A stretch of 63,969 nucleotides of DNA, filler included, from Octopus bimaculoides (lineage: Eukaryota): assembly GCF_001194135.2 (NCBI RefSeq). It is 5 parts of 4 records of this genome, joined end to end, with 100 filler letters (N's around TTAATTAATTAA, not from the genome) between each part and the next. Parts side by side here need not be neighbours in the genome. Positions count along the whole stretch, not along the records: positions 35,514 to 42,034 come from NC_068990.1; positions 42,135 to 62,850 come from NC_068986.1; 3 more parts are not named here. One strand, 5' to 3'. Numbering within the stretch: position 1 is the first letter of the stretch; each line of letters starts with the position of its first letter. The translations under genes and the position numbers were made by a program. Below the pieces are notes generated by a model. It worked only from the letters and a program-made list of their open reading frames with translations. It was not told where the DNA came from and made no database searches. Of the stretch, positions 39,751 to 52,330 are shown in pieces.

Positions 39751-41221
39751 TGATCATGATCATGATCATGATGAATAAAGTAGTCAAAGAGAGTCGTGAA
39801 TAATCCGACAAGCAATTAAGAGAACATGTCAAAGTTTGGTGGCAGACGACAACTGCAGGCCGACATTTTATCAGTGACGAGGGCAAATAAAGAATCAAAA
39901 GAAGGTGTATAAAGTGTCACATCAATGTGTGTGTGCGTGCGTGTGTATGTAATACATACGTGCATACATTCATACAAACATATATATATGTATGTATGTA
40001 CACAGAGAAAAATGGACGAAGCTGAGTATATATAAACACATATGTTTGTAGGGAGTGACAGTAAGCATTTTCTCACTTTTTTGTTTCACTTTTTTCCCCA
40101 AATTTTTTTTTGTTCTCCGTTCTCGTGAGATCAAATTTCAGTCGAAATATTATGTTGAATTTCTTTTTAATTTCTGTCCAAACTGGTAACTTGTCATAAC
40201 GGGTTATAAAACCATCTACCTGGTACATGTTTCTATTAGATTTCAGACGGAAAATTGAAAGCACCAATCTTAAGAATGTGTGAGGGTTTATTTGGTACAA
40301 TTACTTTATGGAGGCGACCGAAGAAAACCATGAGCTCAGCCAACAGAAAATGATCATTTGATTTCAACATGGAATAAATGATATTTGTACACTTCCTTTT
40401 CTGTTTGTTTTATATTTGTAGCCTTTTAATGATCGCTTTTATTCAATAGAACCACAGCAGCATTGTGTTAAAGGGGCAAATATATCTTAAGGGGGAAGCC
40501 TGAAGTCTTTCGCTTTTCTGTTTTTTTATTTTTTCTGATAAAGATTCTCGGGTTAAAAATGTAAACGTTACAAACACTACNNNNNNNNNNNNNNNNNNNN
40601 NNNNNNNNNNNNNNNNNNNNNNNNNNNNNNNNNNNNNNNNNNNNNNNNNNNNNNNNNNNNNNNNNNNNNNNNNNNNNNNNNNNNNNNNNNNNNNNNNNNN
40701 NNNNNNNNNNNNNNNNNNNNNNNNNNNNNNNNNNNNNNNNNNNNNNNNNNNNNNNNNNNNNNNNNNNNNNNNNNNNNNNNNNNNNNNNNNNNNNNNNNNN
40801 NNNNNNNNNNNNNNNNNNNNNNNNNNNNNNNNNNNNNNNNNNNNNNNNNNNNNNNNNNNNNNNNNNNNNNNNNNNNNNNNNNNNNNNNNNNNNNNNNNNN
40901 NNNNNNNNNNNNNNNNNNNNNNNNNNNNNNNNNNNNNNNNNNNNNNNNNNNNNNNNNNNNNNNNNNNNNNNNNNNNNNNNNNNNNNNNNNNNNNNNNNNN
41001 NNNNNNNNNNNNNNNNNNNNNNNNNNNNNNNNNNNNNNNNNNNNNNNNNNNNNNNNNNNNNNNNNNNNNNNNNNNNNNNNNNNNNNNNNNNNNNNNNNNN
41101 NNNNNNNNNNNTATATATATGTATGTATGTATGCGTGTATGTATGTATACATACATACATACATACATACATACATGCATACACACACACACACACACAC
41201 ATACATATATATATATACATA

Positions 41222-41710
41222 TTGGGTTGGCCAAAAAGTCTGTTCGGTTTTTGTCTACATTAAACTTCAAGCACTCTAATAAGTAGCTAACTTGAGCCTG
41301 CCTCTTGTGCATGCGCACTCGTTAGATATTCGAGACTAGTTTGACACGAACTTGCGACGAGACAGATTGTATTTTGTGTGATTGGAATTGCACTGAAAAT
41401 TAAAAAAATAAAAGAAACCTTTTCGATGTCTCATGCATTTTTTCTTTGTTTGTTTGTTTGTTTGTTTTTCAAAGCAAGAAAGCAGTGAAAAAATTGGTGG
41501 AAGATATGTGCTGTGTACTGAGAGGATGATGATGTTGAACGTGTGTGTCAGAAATGGTTTTCAATATTTAGATCTGAAAATTTTGGGGTTCAAATTTGTT
41601 TTTGTTATATAATTGTTGTGTGGGCGTTTGGTGGACTCAAAAGTCACTCTTTCGAAAACATCTAGAATTTCAATCAGAAAAAGTTGACCTCATCCATAAT
41701 ACTATTCTTT
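41222..41710 (+). mobile_element. Mariner 5' fragment (TTGGGTTGG-type TIR)
   Basis: TA|TTGGGTTGGCCAAAAAG; KETFRCLMHF..ICAVY..ERVCQKWFSIFRSENF. Confidence 0.7.
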
Positions 41711-42034
41711 AATGAACACAAAAGAGCAAGACCTGGAAATGCAATTATAATTTTTACTGAAGAAAGTCAAAAAACAACATCTAGTTTTTCAGTTAAAACC
41801 TTGACCAATTCAAATGCAAAAATTCTTTTTTCTTTCTCTTCTTTTTCCTCCTCACCTTAAAAGGCCATTAAGTACTAAACAAACAAGTCTAACCATACAA
41901 AAGCCACACCTCTTTACCTCCCCCTCCTTATCAAAAAAAATTTTCTTCTTTTTTCTTCCTTGCTTAGCAAACCCCAGAAAATTCTTTATAAAAAGGCCAA
42001 GAAATCTAAATTCGAACCATTTTTTGATATGTCC

Positions 42035-42134
42035 NNNNNNNNNNNNNNNNNNNNNNNNNNNNNNNNNNNNNNNNNNNNTTAATTAATTAANNNNNNNNNN
42101 NNNNNNNNNNNNNNNNNNNNNNNNNNNNNNNNNN
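42035..42134. other. Artificial scaffold linker N44-TTAATTAATTAA-N44
   Basis: Same 100-nt layout. Confidence 0.9.
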
Positions 42135-42437
42135 TATCGGACTCTTTTGCCAAACTGCTAAGTTACGGGGACATAAACACACCAGCATCGCTTGTCAAGC
42201 GATGTTGGGGGGACAAACACAGACACACAAACACATACACACACAAACATATATATATATATATATACACATATATATGACGGGCTTCTTTCAGTTTCCG
42301 TCTACCAAATCCACTCACAAGACTTTGGTTGGCCTGGGGCTATAGTAGAAGACATTTGCCCAAGATGCCACGCAATGGGACTGAACCCGGGACCATGTGG
42401 TTGGTAAGCAAGCTACTTACCACACAGCCACTCCTAC
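42135..42437 (-). mobile_element. SINE family B
   Basis: Reverse complement of GTAGGAGTGGCTGTGTGGTAAG...CCCGGGTTCAGTCCCA...CTTGGGCAAATGTCTTCTACTATAGCC...GTAGACGGAAACTGAAAGAAGCCCGTC. Confidence 0.92.
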
Positions 42438-43801
42438 GCCTACTGTTTATATATATTTTTTTTTTTTCAAATTGTACGTATTTATCTTATTATAAATGCA
42501 AAACAACACCATGGAAGAATCGACGTAAGCTTAAATAATAAACTGCGATAGGTAAACTGCAATATAGCGAGGGATTATTGTAATATATACAGTCAGACAG
42601 ACAGACAAATAAATAAATAGATAGATATAAGCAGGTATGTATATTATAAACCTAAGTACATATAAGTGTATATATAAATTTTACAAACACATATATTATA
42701 TGCGTGCATGGACTATTTATGTCTGTTTATGTTCGCGAACTCGCTTATGTTTTTGTTTTCCAAATGAATACAGCCTGACAGGACGATATTTACAAATATT
42801 AAAATGCTAGATAAGACATTAGCGAACAAGTCTATTGAGGAAGCTAGCCTAAGGTCGGATGCCCTTCCAGTCACTAACCATTACCTGTTTCCAAGCAAAG
42901 TGATATTTCCCCTATGGCGAGACAGGTTTTCACAGAAGACAAGGATACAAGCGATTCTGCTTTTCTAAGTGTCATTAGCTTAAACACAAATACAAAGTAA
43001 AAAAAAAAAAAACAAGGAAAAAAAAGTGTTCAATTAGACAAATCTTTAGTATAGTTAGGTTGGAGGGAAGGGAATCTCTGCTAATTTAAATACTATGAAT
43101 ACGGGTGTAAATATATCTAAAAACTCAGTCTTCACTATTCTTTCAATTTTTCTCATAATGTGCAGAACAGAGCACATTATTATTAAGTGCAAGCAGTGCA
43201 GAAACAAAACCCGAAGAAATAGTTTGTGGGAAGTATAGAGTGTATGCTAAAAGTAAACTCAAAACTTGTAGAGGTAGTTCCTAGAGCTGTTAGGAATAGT
43301 AGCCAAATTTCCTTTAAATCAATATCCTATTGTCTTGAAAAAAAAAAGAAAGACATATTGGATTTTTTTTTTTTTTCCACTTACAAGTGCTGGTGCTACA
43401 AAAAGAAAAAGGAATACATCCAGTACACACAATAACGTGGTCGGTTAGCACTAGGAAGGGCATCTAGCAGTAGAAACCAAGTGAAACCATGACAAGGCAG
43501 ACACAGGAGGTCAGCGTAGTCTTCTGGTTTGTCAGTTCCTGTTAAACTGTCCAACCCATACCAGCAAGGAAAAACAGGCATTAACCCACTACCTACCAGT
43601 GATCTCATATGAGATCACTTAAAAATTACAAATTTCGTAATTATCTGTCAATATTTACACATATCTAACCTTTTTTGCTATATCTACTAGGTATATTTCT
43701 CTAATATTCAAATCAGGTTTGCTAATTTTTCACCCAATATCTTGCTTATTTCTATTAAAAATGTTATTTTGATCATTCCAGTGTGTTTCTAAGGCTGTTT
43801 T

Positions 43802-44437
43802 ATGCTAGAAATCAAAGTTTCATTAAAAAAAATTCCAGTTAATAAAATTATGGGAGGTGATGGGTTAAACGATGATGGTGACGATGATGATTCTGAAAGA
43901 AGGCACACTACCCGTGCCCTCCGAAAGCACTCCAAGACCTATGAGCTCAACACCATAAATGTTTCATTTAAAGAGTTGAAGAACAACATCTACAGAAAAG
44001 ACATGAGCAGTAAGAGGATTCCAGAAGGCTGTTGTTCTGGGGAGACAGGACTGGCTAAGTGCTTAGTGTACAACAAGGAAGTGCTAAATGTTACTAAGGT
44101 GGTGAGAAGTGGAAGGACAAGTGGGTCAGAGGTGTATAAATGGAGGGAGTACAAGAGCAGCCAGCCCCCAAAAAAGAAGCCATGATATATTCATGATAGA
44201 AAAGACACAGAAGATACAATACACCTAAACGGACAGAGGTTGGGCATGTCAGTTAGTGACAATGTCAAGCAGTTGAGTAGTGATTCCTTGGATGCACTTC
44301 TCTGTATGCAAAGAAATAGCACCAACCAAAACATGGAAATAGTACTGGACCTGAACCTTGTAGGGAGTCAGCAATGTTTTGGGAGGGAGAGTGAGAGGAG
44401 CTGGAATAACAAAGTACCAGACATATTTCTAAAATGA
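43802..44437 (+). pseudogene. 211-codon frame with one internal TGA; C-terminus resembles a hAT dimerisation domain
   Basis: ORFs 43802-44185 and 44240-44437 are the same frame separated by TGA at 44183; KQLSSDSLDALLCMQRN motif. Confidence 0.25.
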
Positions 44438-44481
44438 CAAGACGGCCATGGCTGAAACACCTTTTGATCATTTGTCTAAGT

Positions 44482-44689
44482 CAGCGTTTCTCATCAGGGA
44501 TTCCCCGGAACCCTAGGGTCCCACAAGAAAGAGTGAGATAAGCTAATGCTAATTTCATGATTGTAATATTACCATACAAGCACATGTTATTATTTATTGA
44601 AATATAGACATCATCCTATCTATTGTGTTATCAAAAAAATATAACCACCATTGGGGATACATTTAGTGATGTGTGTAATTTATGGACAA

Positions 44690-44737
<48 letters not shown>

Positions 44738-44885
44738 TACACACATATATATATGATATTTACCAAGTGAACTACGGTGAAAAAATGAGAAAGATATGGT
44801 ATATAATTTTTTTTGTGCAGGGGTTCCTTGAGAAATGTAATTTATTTTAAGGATTATGCAAGGGTAAAAAGGTTGAGAAACACTG
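44482..44885. mobile_element. hAT (Charlie-like) MITE
   Basis: TIRs CAGCGTTTCTCA / TGAGAAACACTG; perfect 8-bp TSD GTCTAAGT at 44474-44481 and 44886-44893. Confidence 0.92.
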
Positions 44886-45386
44886 GTCTAAGTCAACAAC
44901 TGCAAATGATGAGTTAGGTGGAGAAGAGAATGTCCACCAAGACTCGCAATTCGATTCCAACTCTCCTCATTCTAGCTCTTGAAAAAGTATAAATAAAAAA
45001 AGAAAAAGAAAGAAAAATTCCAAGATGATGCTGAAGGGTATCAGGTATCCCTCTATGCTAATAACTTGGTACCTCAAAGATTCTACATTGTCCTCAACTT
45101 GGAATGTGGTTTTCTCCTGAAACACTTAACATCTTCAGGAGCCCCCCTCACCACCTCCACCAAAAAAAAAAAAAATGAAAAACACAATCACTTAGCAGAA
45201 TAGCATGCAGAAAGGGAGCACGTAATGCATGACGCAATGGTATGACGCTAGACTATGTAATATAATTTGCTTTTCCCAGCAAATAGGGTGTTTGCTCAAA
45301 TTTGCATATTTAATTAGGATAGCGGGCATGCTGAAAATTTAAATGATAATGAGTGTAATAGATGTATAAATATGTGTTTCAATATA

Positions 45387-46095
45387 CAGAGTGGCCACAA
45401 AGTCACATACCATGAGAGATTATCAAATATGCTTTATTAACAATGAAGTAGGTAATCCATTACAATGTTCAAAGTGTTGGCCATGTAGCTCTAAACAAGT
45501 GTTCATATGAAATATGAAATTGCGATGAACCTTCTCAAATAGCTCTTCATTGCCAATGACTTGTTCACACACTTCAACAATTCTTTGAAGAAGATATCCT
45601 AGGTCACAAATCTTTTCAGAATACAGAAGGGATTTAATGTAACCCCTCAGAAGAAAAAGTCCGTGGAAGTTAAATCTGGTGACCATGGTGCCCATTCAAT
45701 TGGCCCACAATGCCCAAGCTATCTCTCAGGAAAATGTTCATTCAGAAAATCACAAACCTGTACTGCATAATATGGTAGAGCCCCATGCTGCTGAAACCAG
45801 ACAGGATTTCCACTTCCAAGCGAATGCACGTGAGGCATCATCTTGTTGCCAAGCAGGTTCAGATGTGAATCACCTGTCACAGAGCTCTCAAAATAAAATG
45901 GTCCAATTACTTGATTGTGCCAAATCCCACGCCATTCCATTACCTTGCCCCCGCCTTGTTGATTATCATCTGCCTCCATCTAATGAGGATTGGTTTGTGA
46001 ATAATATCGGCAGTTATAAAAAGAGATAAGGAAAAAAAGAGAATGATAGCGATTTCACATATTGCACGATGGTGCGTGACTTTATGGCCACCCTG
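45387..46095 (-). mobile_element. Internally deleted Tc1/mariner-superfamily element, DD41D (rosa-like)
   Basis: 20-bp TIRs CAG(A/G)GTGGCCA(C/T)AAAGTCAC, TA TSDs; WFQQH-x41-D spacing (EWAPWSPDLTSTDF), GYIKSLLY, GQHFEH. Confidence 0.88.
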
Positions 46096-46229
46096 TACTT
46101 GGGAGTGAGTTAAGTCTAGTTTGTGGTCAGCAAGACAAAAAGCACTTTAGTGCAACAGCGGCTACTTCAGTAAATAAACCAATATATGCAATACGCATGG
46201 GAAAATGAATAAAAAGGCATTTTAAAAAT

Positions 46230-46391
46230 GTAGGAGTGGCTATGTGGAAAGTAGTGTGCTTACCAACCACATGGTTCCGGGTTCATTCCCACTGCGTGGC
46301 ACCTTGGGCAAGTGTCTTCTACTATAGTGTCGGGTCGATCAAAGCCTTGTGAGTAGATTTGGTAGACGGAAACTGAAAGAAGCCCGTCGTA

Positions 46392-46433
<42 letters not shown>

Positions 46434-46640
46434 TATGTATGTGTGTTTGTTCCCCCACCATCGCTTGACAACCGATGGTGGGGTGTTTACGTCCCCGTAA
46501 CTTAGCGGTTCAGCAAAAGATACTTATGGAATAAGTACTAGGCTTACAAAGGATAAGTCCTGGGGTCGATTTGCTCGACTAAAGGCAGTGCTCCAGCATG
46601 GCGGCAGTCAAATGACTGAAACAAATAAAAGAATAAAAGA
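46230..46640 (+). mobile_element. SINE family B, full length (head, internal microsatellite, tail)
   Basis: A-box-like TGGCTATGTGG, B box GGTTCATTCC, CCTTGGGCAAGTG central motif, tail GCTCCAGCATGGC..CAGTCAAATGACTGAAACAA.TAAAAGA. Confidence 0.92.
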
Positions 46641-46734
46641 GACACACATAAAAACACAAGGGCATATTATAAATGGATATGACTTCAAACACAGAGGATT
46701 GACCTGCAAAAGTCCTATGCTGGTGCCAAATAAA

Positions 46735-46910
46735 AGGCACTCGTGGCAGTGCTACACTCTCGGAGTTGTAGGCATTATGAAGGGCATCCAGCTGTAGAAA
46801 CACTGCCAGATCAGATTGGAGCCTGGTGCAGCTGCTGGCTCTCCAGATCTCAGTCAAACAGTCCAACCCATGTCAGCATGAAAAACGGACGTTAAACAAT
46901 GATGATGATG
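46735..46910 (+). mobile_element. Family C repeat (RTE-type 3' end with (GAT)n tail)
   Basis: GAAGGGCATCCAGCTGTAGAAA...GTCCAACCCATG.CAGCATG.AAA..GGACGTTAAAC.ATGATGATG; more than 12 copies in the window. Confidence 0.8.
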
Positions 46911-46999
46911 GATTGGCTTTTGTAATTCAAAAGACCCATTTTGTAGTACACAATGTTACATTGGGTCTGCTCGATGATGTTGTACAGGGAACACAATGC

Positions 47000-47310
47000 C
47001 CCTGACATAATATCCACTGGGAAGATAATTCAGTTTACTGATAAACTAAAACTCAAGAGGGAGTTTCTTCACCATCAAAACACACCTTGTGGGAATAGAC
47101 AAACCAGCAACCCATCAAAACTCAGGTCAAGAGGAGGAAATAGGGTTGGCTGGGATACTCTATGGAAACTTGTTTCCAACATTACAAAGCAAGCCATGTG
47201 ATGGACACCCTGGGGGAGATGCAAGCATGACAGACAAAAAGCAACATGGAGAAGATCCACAGAAACTAAAGCACTGCAAGCAGTTACACCTGGGGACAAC
47301 TGCAATCTAG
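47000..47310 (+). mobile_element. Decayed RTE-clade LINE ORF C-terminal fragment
   Basis: NQQPIKTQVKRRK*GWLG and ..YTWGQL match the RTE C-terminal pattern (P...QIKRRKW.W.GH..TW.QL). Confidence 0.55.
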
Positions 47311-47515
47311 TGTCAAATATTGAGGCAAATGGAAATCTCTTGTTGGCACCCTACGCTCAATACAGAGTCAAAGTATTGAAAAAACGTGTGTATATTTTTA
47401 TGTATCGATATCCATGAGCCAGGTGCAGGTATAGCCATGTGGTTAAGAAGTTAATTTTGCAACCATGTCATTCTGCATTCAGTCTCACTGTTTGTCACCC
47501 TGAACTATTTACTAT

Positions 47516-47903
47516 GTGTGTGTTGGCACTCCGTCGCTTACGACGTCGAGGGTTCCAGTTGATCCGATCAACGGAACAGTCTGCTCGTGAAATTAACGTG
47601 CATGTGGCTGAGCACTCCACAGACACGTGTACCCTTAACGTAGTTCTCGGGGATATTCAGCGTGACACAGTGTGACAAGGCTGACCCTTTGAATTACAGG
47701 CACAACAGAAACAGGAAGTAAGAGTGAGAGAAAGTTGTGGCGAAAGAGTACTGCAGGGTTCGCCACCATCTCCTGCCGGAGCCTCGTGGAGCTTTAGGTG
47801 TTTTCGCTCAATAAGCACTCACAACGCCCGGTCTGAGAATCGAAACCGCGATCCTATGACCGCGAGTCCGCTGCCCTAACCACTGGGCCATCGCGCCTCC
47901 ACT
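47516..47903 (-). mobile_element. Young tRNA-headed SINE (family G) with 13-bp TSD
   Basis: Head GGAGGCGCGATGGCCCAGTGGTTAGGGCAGCGGACTCGCGG..GGTTTCGATTC; TSD AACTATTTACTAT at 47503-47515 and 47904-47916. Confidence 0.92.
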
Positions 47904-48069
47904 AACTATTTACTATATCCCTGAACTAAACAAAGATATGCAAGCAAACTTGATGGGTAGAAACTGCAAAGGAGCCCTAGTAGTTCAGCCGAGGATTCTC
48001 AATGCCAGTACATCTGCTGGCAGGAGACGATACAAAGAGGACATTCATGTTCTCTGCACTCTAAGAAGA

Positions 48070-48100
<31 letters not shown>

Positions 48101-48363
48101 TTCTCTCAAATAAAGATTCGAAAGGTAAATATTACACTAGAAGAAAGAAATATGACTCAGAATATCAGTAGCAGCCACTCCCTAATGAAAACACAGTGAC
48201 ATGAACTATCAAAGCTTGATTTTGTTCCTACACCTTCAGTTTTAACTCTGCATTCATCTATCTATACATCAAACCAGCTGTCTAACTCCATCAGCTTACC
48301 TATCTATAATAATGCCAATTTTCATTAGTGTACTTCTGCAACATTCTATCTTTATCAAACTAC

Positions 48364-48407
<44 letters not shown>

Positions 48408-48631
48408 CAACAATGCCATGTAACTGTCTCTAGCCGGCTAGCTAGCTATATCACCTACATGTACATATGTATAACATACTCTATATTTCATTCTATCAGC
48501 GTATCTTCTACCACAGTGATGTTATCATTAGAATAATCAGGGCCTCAGTGGTGGTGGGTGGTTGTTTGGTAGCTGAGAGTTGATGAACTGCTTGGAATTT
48601 AGCAAGGTGGAGAAATAGCTAAGATTACTGT

Positions 48632-48672
<41 letters not shown>

Positions 48673-49036
48673 ATACTATACTGATGAAACTTTAGAAACA
48701 ATCAAAAACTGAAAAGAAATATGTGTAGAAATTCATCATACACACACACACATATACATATGCTCTAGCATGGCCGCAGTCAAATGACTGAAACAAGTAA
48801 AAGAGTATATATATNNNNNNNNNNNNNNNNNNNNNNNNNNNNNNNNNNNNNNNNNNNNNNNNNNNNNNNNNNNNNNNNNNNNNNNNNNNNNNNNNNNNNN
48901 NNNNNNNNNNNNNNNNNNNNNNNNNNNNNNNNNNNNNNNNNNNNNNNNNNNNNNNNNNNNNNNNNNNNNNNNNNNNNNNNNNNNNNNNNNNNNNNNNNNN
49001 NNNNNNNNNNNNNNNNNNNNNNNNNNNNNNNNNNNA

Positions 49037-49186
49037 CATGGTTCCAAGTTCAGTCCCACTGCATAGCACCATGAACACATGTCTTCTATAATAGCCCCAG
49101 ACCAACCAAAACCTTGTGAGTGGATTCGGTAACCAGAAACTAAAAGAAGCCCATCAACATTGTGTGTGTGTGTGTGCGTGTGTATG

Positions 49187-49221
<35 letters not shown>

Positions 49222-49452
49222 TTGTTGTGACATCACATGGTAGTCGTAAACAGATGTTACTGTCATGCAAGCAGCATCCTTCATTTCCAATCTTCTGTGA
49301 ATAGAAGCTTCGTCACAGGGAAATATTAACCTCACTTGGGAAACGGGTGAGGAATGTTGACAAGAAAGGCATCTTGCCACAGAAAATCTACCTCATTAAA
49401 CCCTGTCCAGTCTATGCAAGAATGGAAAAGTGAAAATTAAAATGATGATGAT
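49037..49452 (+). mobile_element. Composite SINE: family B head with alternative (D) tail ending AAAATGATGATG
   Basis: B head to AAAAGAAGCCC, (TG)n, then GGGAAATATTA.CCT.ACTTGG.AAAC.GGTGAGG..GACAAGAAAGGCATC..AGAAAATCTACC; the same structure occurs at 57000 and 58875. Confidence 0.75.
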
Positions 49453-49688
49453 TATCACACACACACACACACACTTCTGCTGAGTCTACATCAACTGCTT
49501 TGTCTCCATTTTCGACACCCACTCATTTCTGATTCCTGCAGCTCACATAATGACAGTTGGGGACCTACCCACATCTCATCCCCACTACCACTTTCCTCAA
49601 CAATTTTACCATATTCCCATATCACAAGACCAAGCCACAACATACATGAGTGTCACCTGTATAACATGTGGCCTAGTTCCATACTTAA

Positions 49689-50150
49689 TCTTTTAGCATT
49701 AAGGATTACTCTGTCAAATGTAATGCTTATTTATACACATTGTTTTGAATTTATCGTGCATTATTTTGCAGCTTTGAGATTTCAATGTGATTGTCATCAT
49801 CATCGTTTAACATCTACTTTCTATGCTAGCATGGGTTGGACAATTTGACGGAGGACTGGTGAACCAGATGGCTACACCAGGCTCCAATCTGATTTGGCAG
49901 AGTTTCTACAGCTGGATGCCCTTCCTAACGCCAATCACTCCGAAAGTGTAGTGTGTGCTTTCACATGCCACTGGCACGAAGGCCAGTCAGGAGGTACTGG
50001 CAACGGCCACGCTCAAAATGGTGTATTTTACGTGCCACCTGCACAGGAGCCAGTCCGACATTGTAGGTGTGAAAGATTAGATCTGGTCAGTGTGCACATA
50101 AAACAGATAAAAAATTTCGGCCAGATATGGTCAGTTTAAATGCTAAAGGG
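49689..50150. mobile_element. piggyBac-like MITE split by a family C insertion
   Basis: TTAA|TCTTTTAGCATT ... AATGCTAAAGGG|TTAA; both halves are homologous to the contiguous copy at 56625-56817. Confidence 0.75.
49796..50058 (-). mobile_element. Family C repeat
   Basis: (CAT)n tail, GCTAGCATGGGTTGGAC..CAGCTGGATGCCCTTCCTAACGCC, plus about 1.5 66-bp units. Confidence 0.88.
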
Positions 50151-50305
50151 TTAAACTGGCTGTATCAGGTCCAGCCGCTAACACCTACCCTACAATGTCA
50201 TTCTAAAAATAAACAATCACATCATCAAAATCTCAAAGCTACAAGATCAATTCAAAATAATGTGAATATATAAATATTACATTTGACAGAGTAATCTGAA
50301 TGCTA
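50151..50305. mobile_element. Partial inverted copy of the piggyBac-like MITE
   Basis: CTACAATGTCATTCTAAAAATAAAC..CATTTGACAGAGTAATCTGAATGCTA. Confidence 0.7.
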
Positions 50306-51999
50306 CATGGTCTTAAAAAAATATATTTCTAGTTTTCCCTCTGATTGTTTTTCTCTTGCTGTTTTTGATACATTGTGGATTACAATCAATAAACTTAAAG
50401 ATATGCTTGTGACCCACGGTGATTTCATTGCTTTCCAACAGATCTATCCGCTCTATCAACTTTCTGGTCACATACACTTGGTGACGACTGAAGTTGAACA
50501 ATCAGTTATGAGACACCTTGTACATTAAGGAGAGTAGCTGCAATTGTAGGCAGTGTCGTGGTGAGAGAAAACATCTTTGGAGTTCACATACAGTATAGCA
50601 GGATTGCCTGTGGCACTGCTTGCATTTAAGCAGAATATAGAGCCAACCAACTACTGTTTAACAGTCACTGTTGGCAGCACTTCTTTCACAGGTGCTTCCA
50701 GTTGCATTACATTGCATTTCTTCTTTTCCCTTAAGACACTGGCAGTTGTGCGAATTCAACACTGTCTGGGTTTGGCCATGGCAAATCAAAGCTGGAATTA
50801 TGTCAGCCCAAATCAACTAAGCTGAAACCATTCCTAAGCCCTACACAGCACCATGAGTTACATGACTCTCCTCATGTATGATATTTTTAGCCAGCCTGTG
50901 TCCCCACCTGTCAACAAGCATAAAATAAAGAAGCACCATGCAGAAACCTTTCTTATGTTGTGGGTTAAATCTAACTAATGATGCTGTTTCCTCTGTGGCT
51001 CAATGTTTCTCGCAACCAAGAGAGGTTCAGTTTGAGGTACACTGACAGAATGGTTGTATATTCCATGTCTTGGAAAGTATGCAAGTTCTGATAAGAAGTT
51101 GCACCTGCTTTATGATTGAGTACAATTTATAGAAAGTGGAACTCAACCTGATGCCAGCTGAGTGAGACTGTAAGGATGAACTGATGATTTTCAAACAGCT
51201 GCTCTTGTTTGCATCTTTGTTGCATTTTATTATTCTTGGCACAACACCTAGGTATGTCTACGTACAGGATGCTTTGTGCTTCAGGGTCTCAGATATTCAG
51301 CAATATGTACTGTCAAATTTGTGACAGGTTCTTCTTCTATGTTGTAAAAGACCATTTGTTCCTCAAGTTAGTTATAGGGCAACTTCTCAACAGGAACCAA
51401 ACTGGTACATCCTCCAGAAGTAATCACTGAATGAGATGTAGCATGCATTGAAATAAACCTTGATGTCATTGTGACCTCATCTTTGACAACAAGCTCATTT
51501 ATGAAAGAAACTATGACCCGACTTCTTTCTTTCGTAATCTATTTGTAGAGGTACTTCACAGCTTGGACATATTGTACAACCTCACAATTAATGTGACAAT
51601 GTTATTGCAAGGAAAGGAGCAGACTGAATGGCACAGTCCACTGGTTCCAATATTATATCCTAACTTCCCCTTGATTGTATAAAACATACATGGCAAATCT
51701 ACATCAGTATTACAGATATAAACTCTCACTCACAACCTCATAACTATCAACTTTCCTCTGCAGTCATTATAGTGTATCTGCTCTAATTCCCAGTTGAGGC
51801 ATATTGGTGCTTAGCTGGTCATGTTTTCACATGTGCTCAGTTATGACAAGGTTAGCGATTGATGCTTATAGTAATTCATTAGACGGAAATACCTAGGTAC
51901 GTGTAACAGCCCAGTGTATGCCATCAAATGTTCACATAAGCTTTCTCCTCTTCAGGAACTAAAAATGATTTTCACCAACTCCTCCTCTCAAGTCTGTAA

Positions 52000-52330
52000 G
52001 TCACCATTTGCTGCCCCGTAACATCCTTGATTTCCCTACTATCAACCTATTGTTCAAAGCCTATCTTCAAATGTCTCTCATCACCCCACCATTTGTAATG
52101 CATCATTCTCATCACTACTCACCAGCCCTTCAGTGAACTCATATATATAGGAGACTGCATAGCACTGCTGCTATCTGCCAACTCAGTACTTAGTAACTCT
52201 CCCTCTCCTCTTGCCTTTATCTTATCATCTGGCTCTCTACATTTGTCCAATTCTGCTACTGAAAACAACTTCATATCCTGATTCCAGCCCAAACAGCCCT
52301 GCCTTTCTTGTACTCTCTTTTCACTCTCCA
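52000..52330 (+). mobile_element. Possible Penelope-like GIY-YIG remnant
   Basis: ELIYIGDC and ENNFIS*FQPKQP resemble LYIGET and EQ.LI..LGTLQP; highly decayed. Confidence 0.3.

Noticed and set aside
47790-47903. tRNA gene in SINE heads (also 24697-24775 and 46230-46300)
   Set aside because: A/B boxes are present but there is no complete cloverleaf or acceptor stem, and each continues into a SINE body
50300-51440. Coding-like unique sequence in the CpG-poor domain (RKLIERIDLLESNEIT; VFYNIEEEPVTNLTVHIAEYLR)
   Set aside because: In-frame stops, no convincing splice pairs, and no family recognised; probably an old decayed TE
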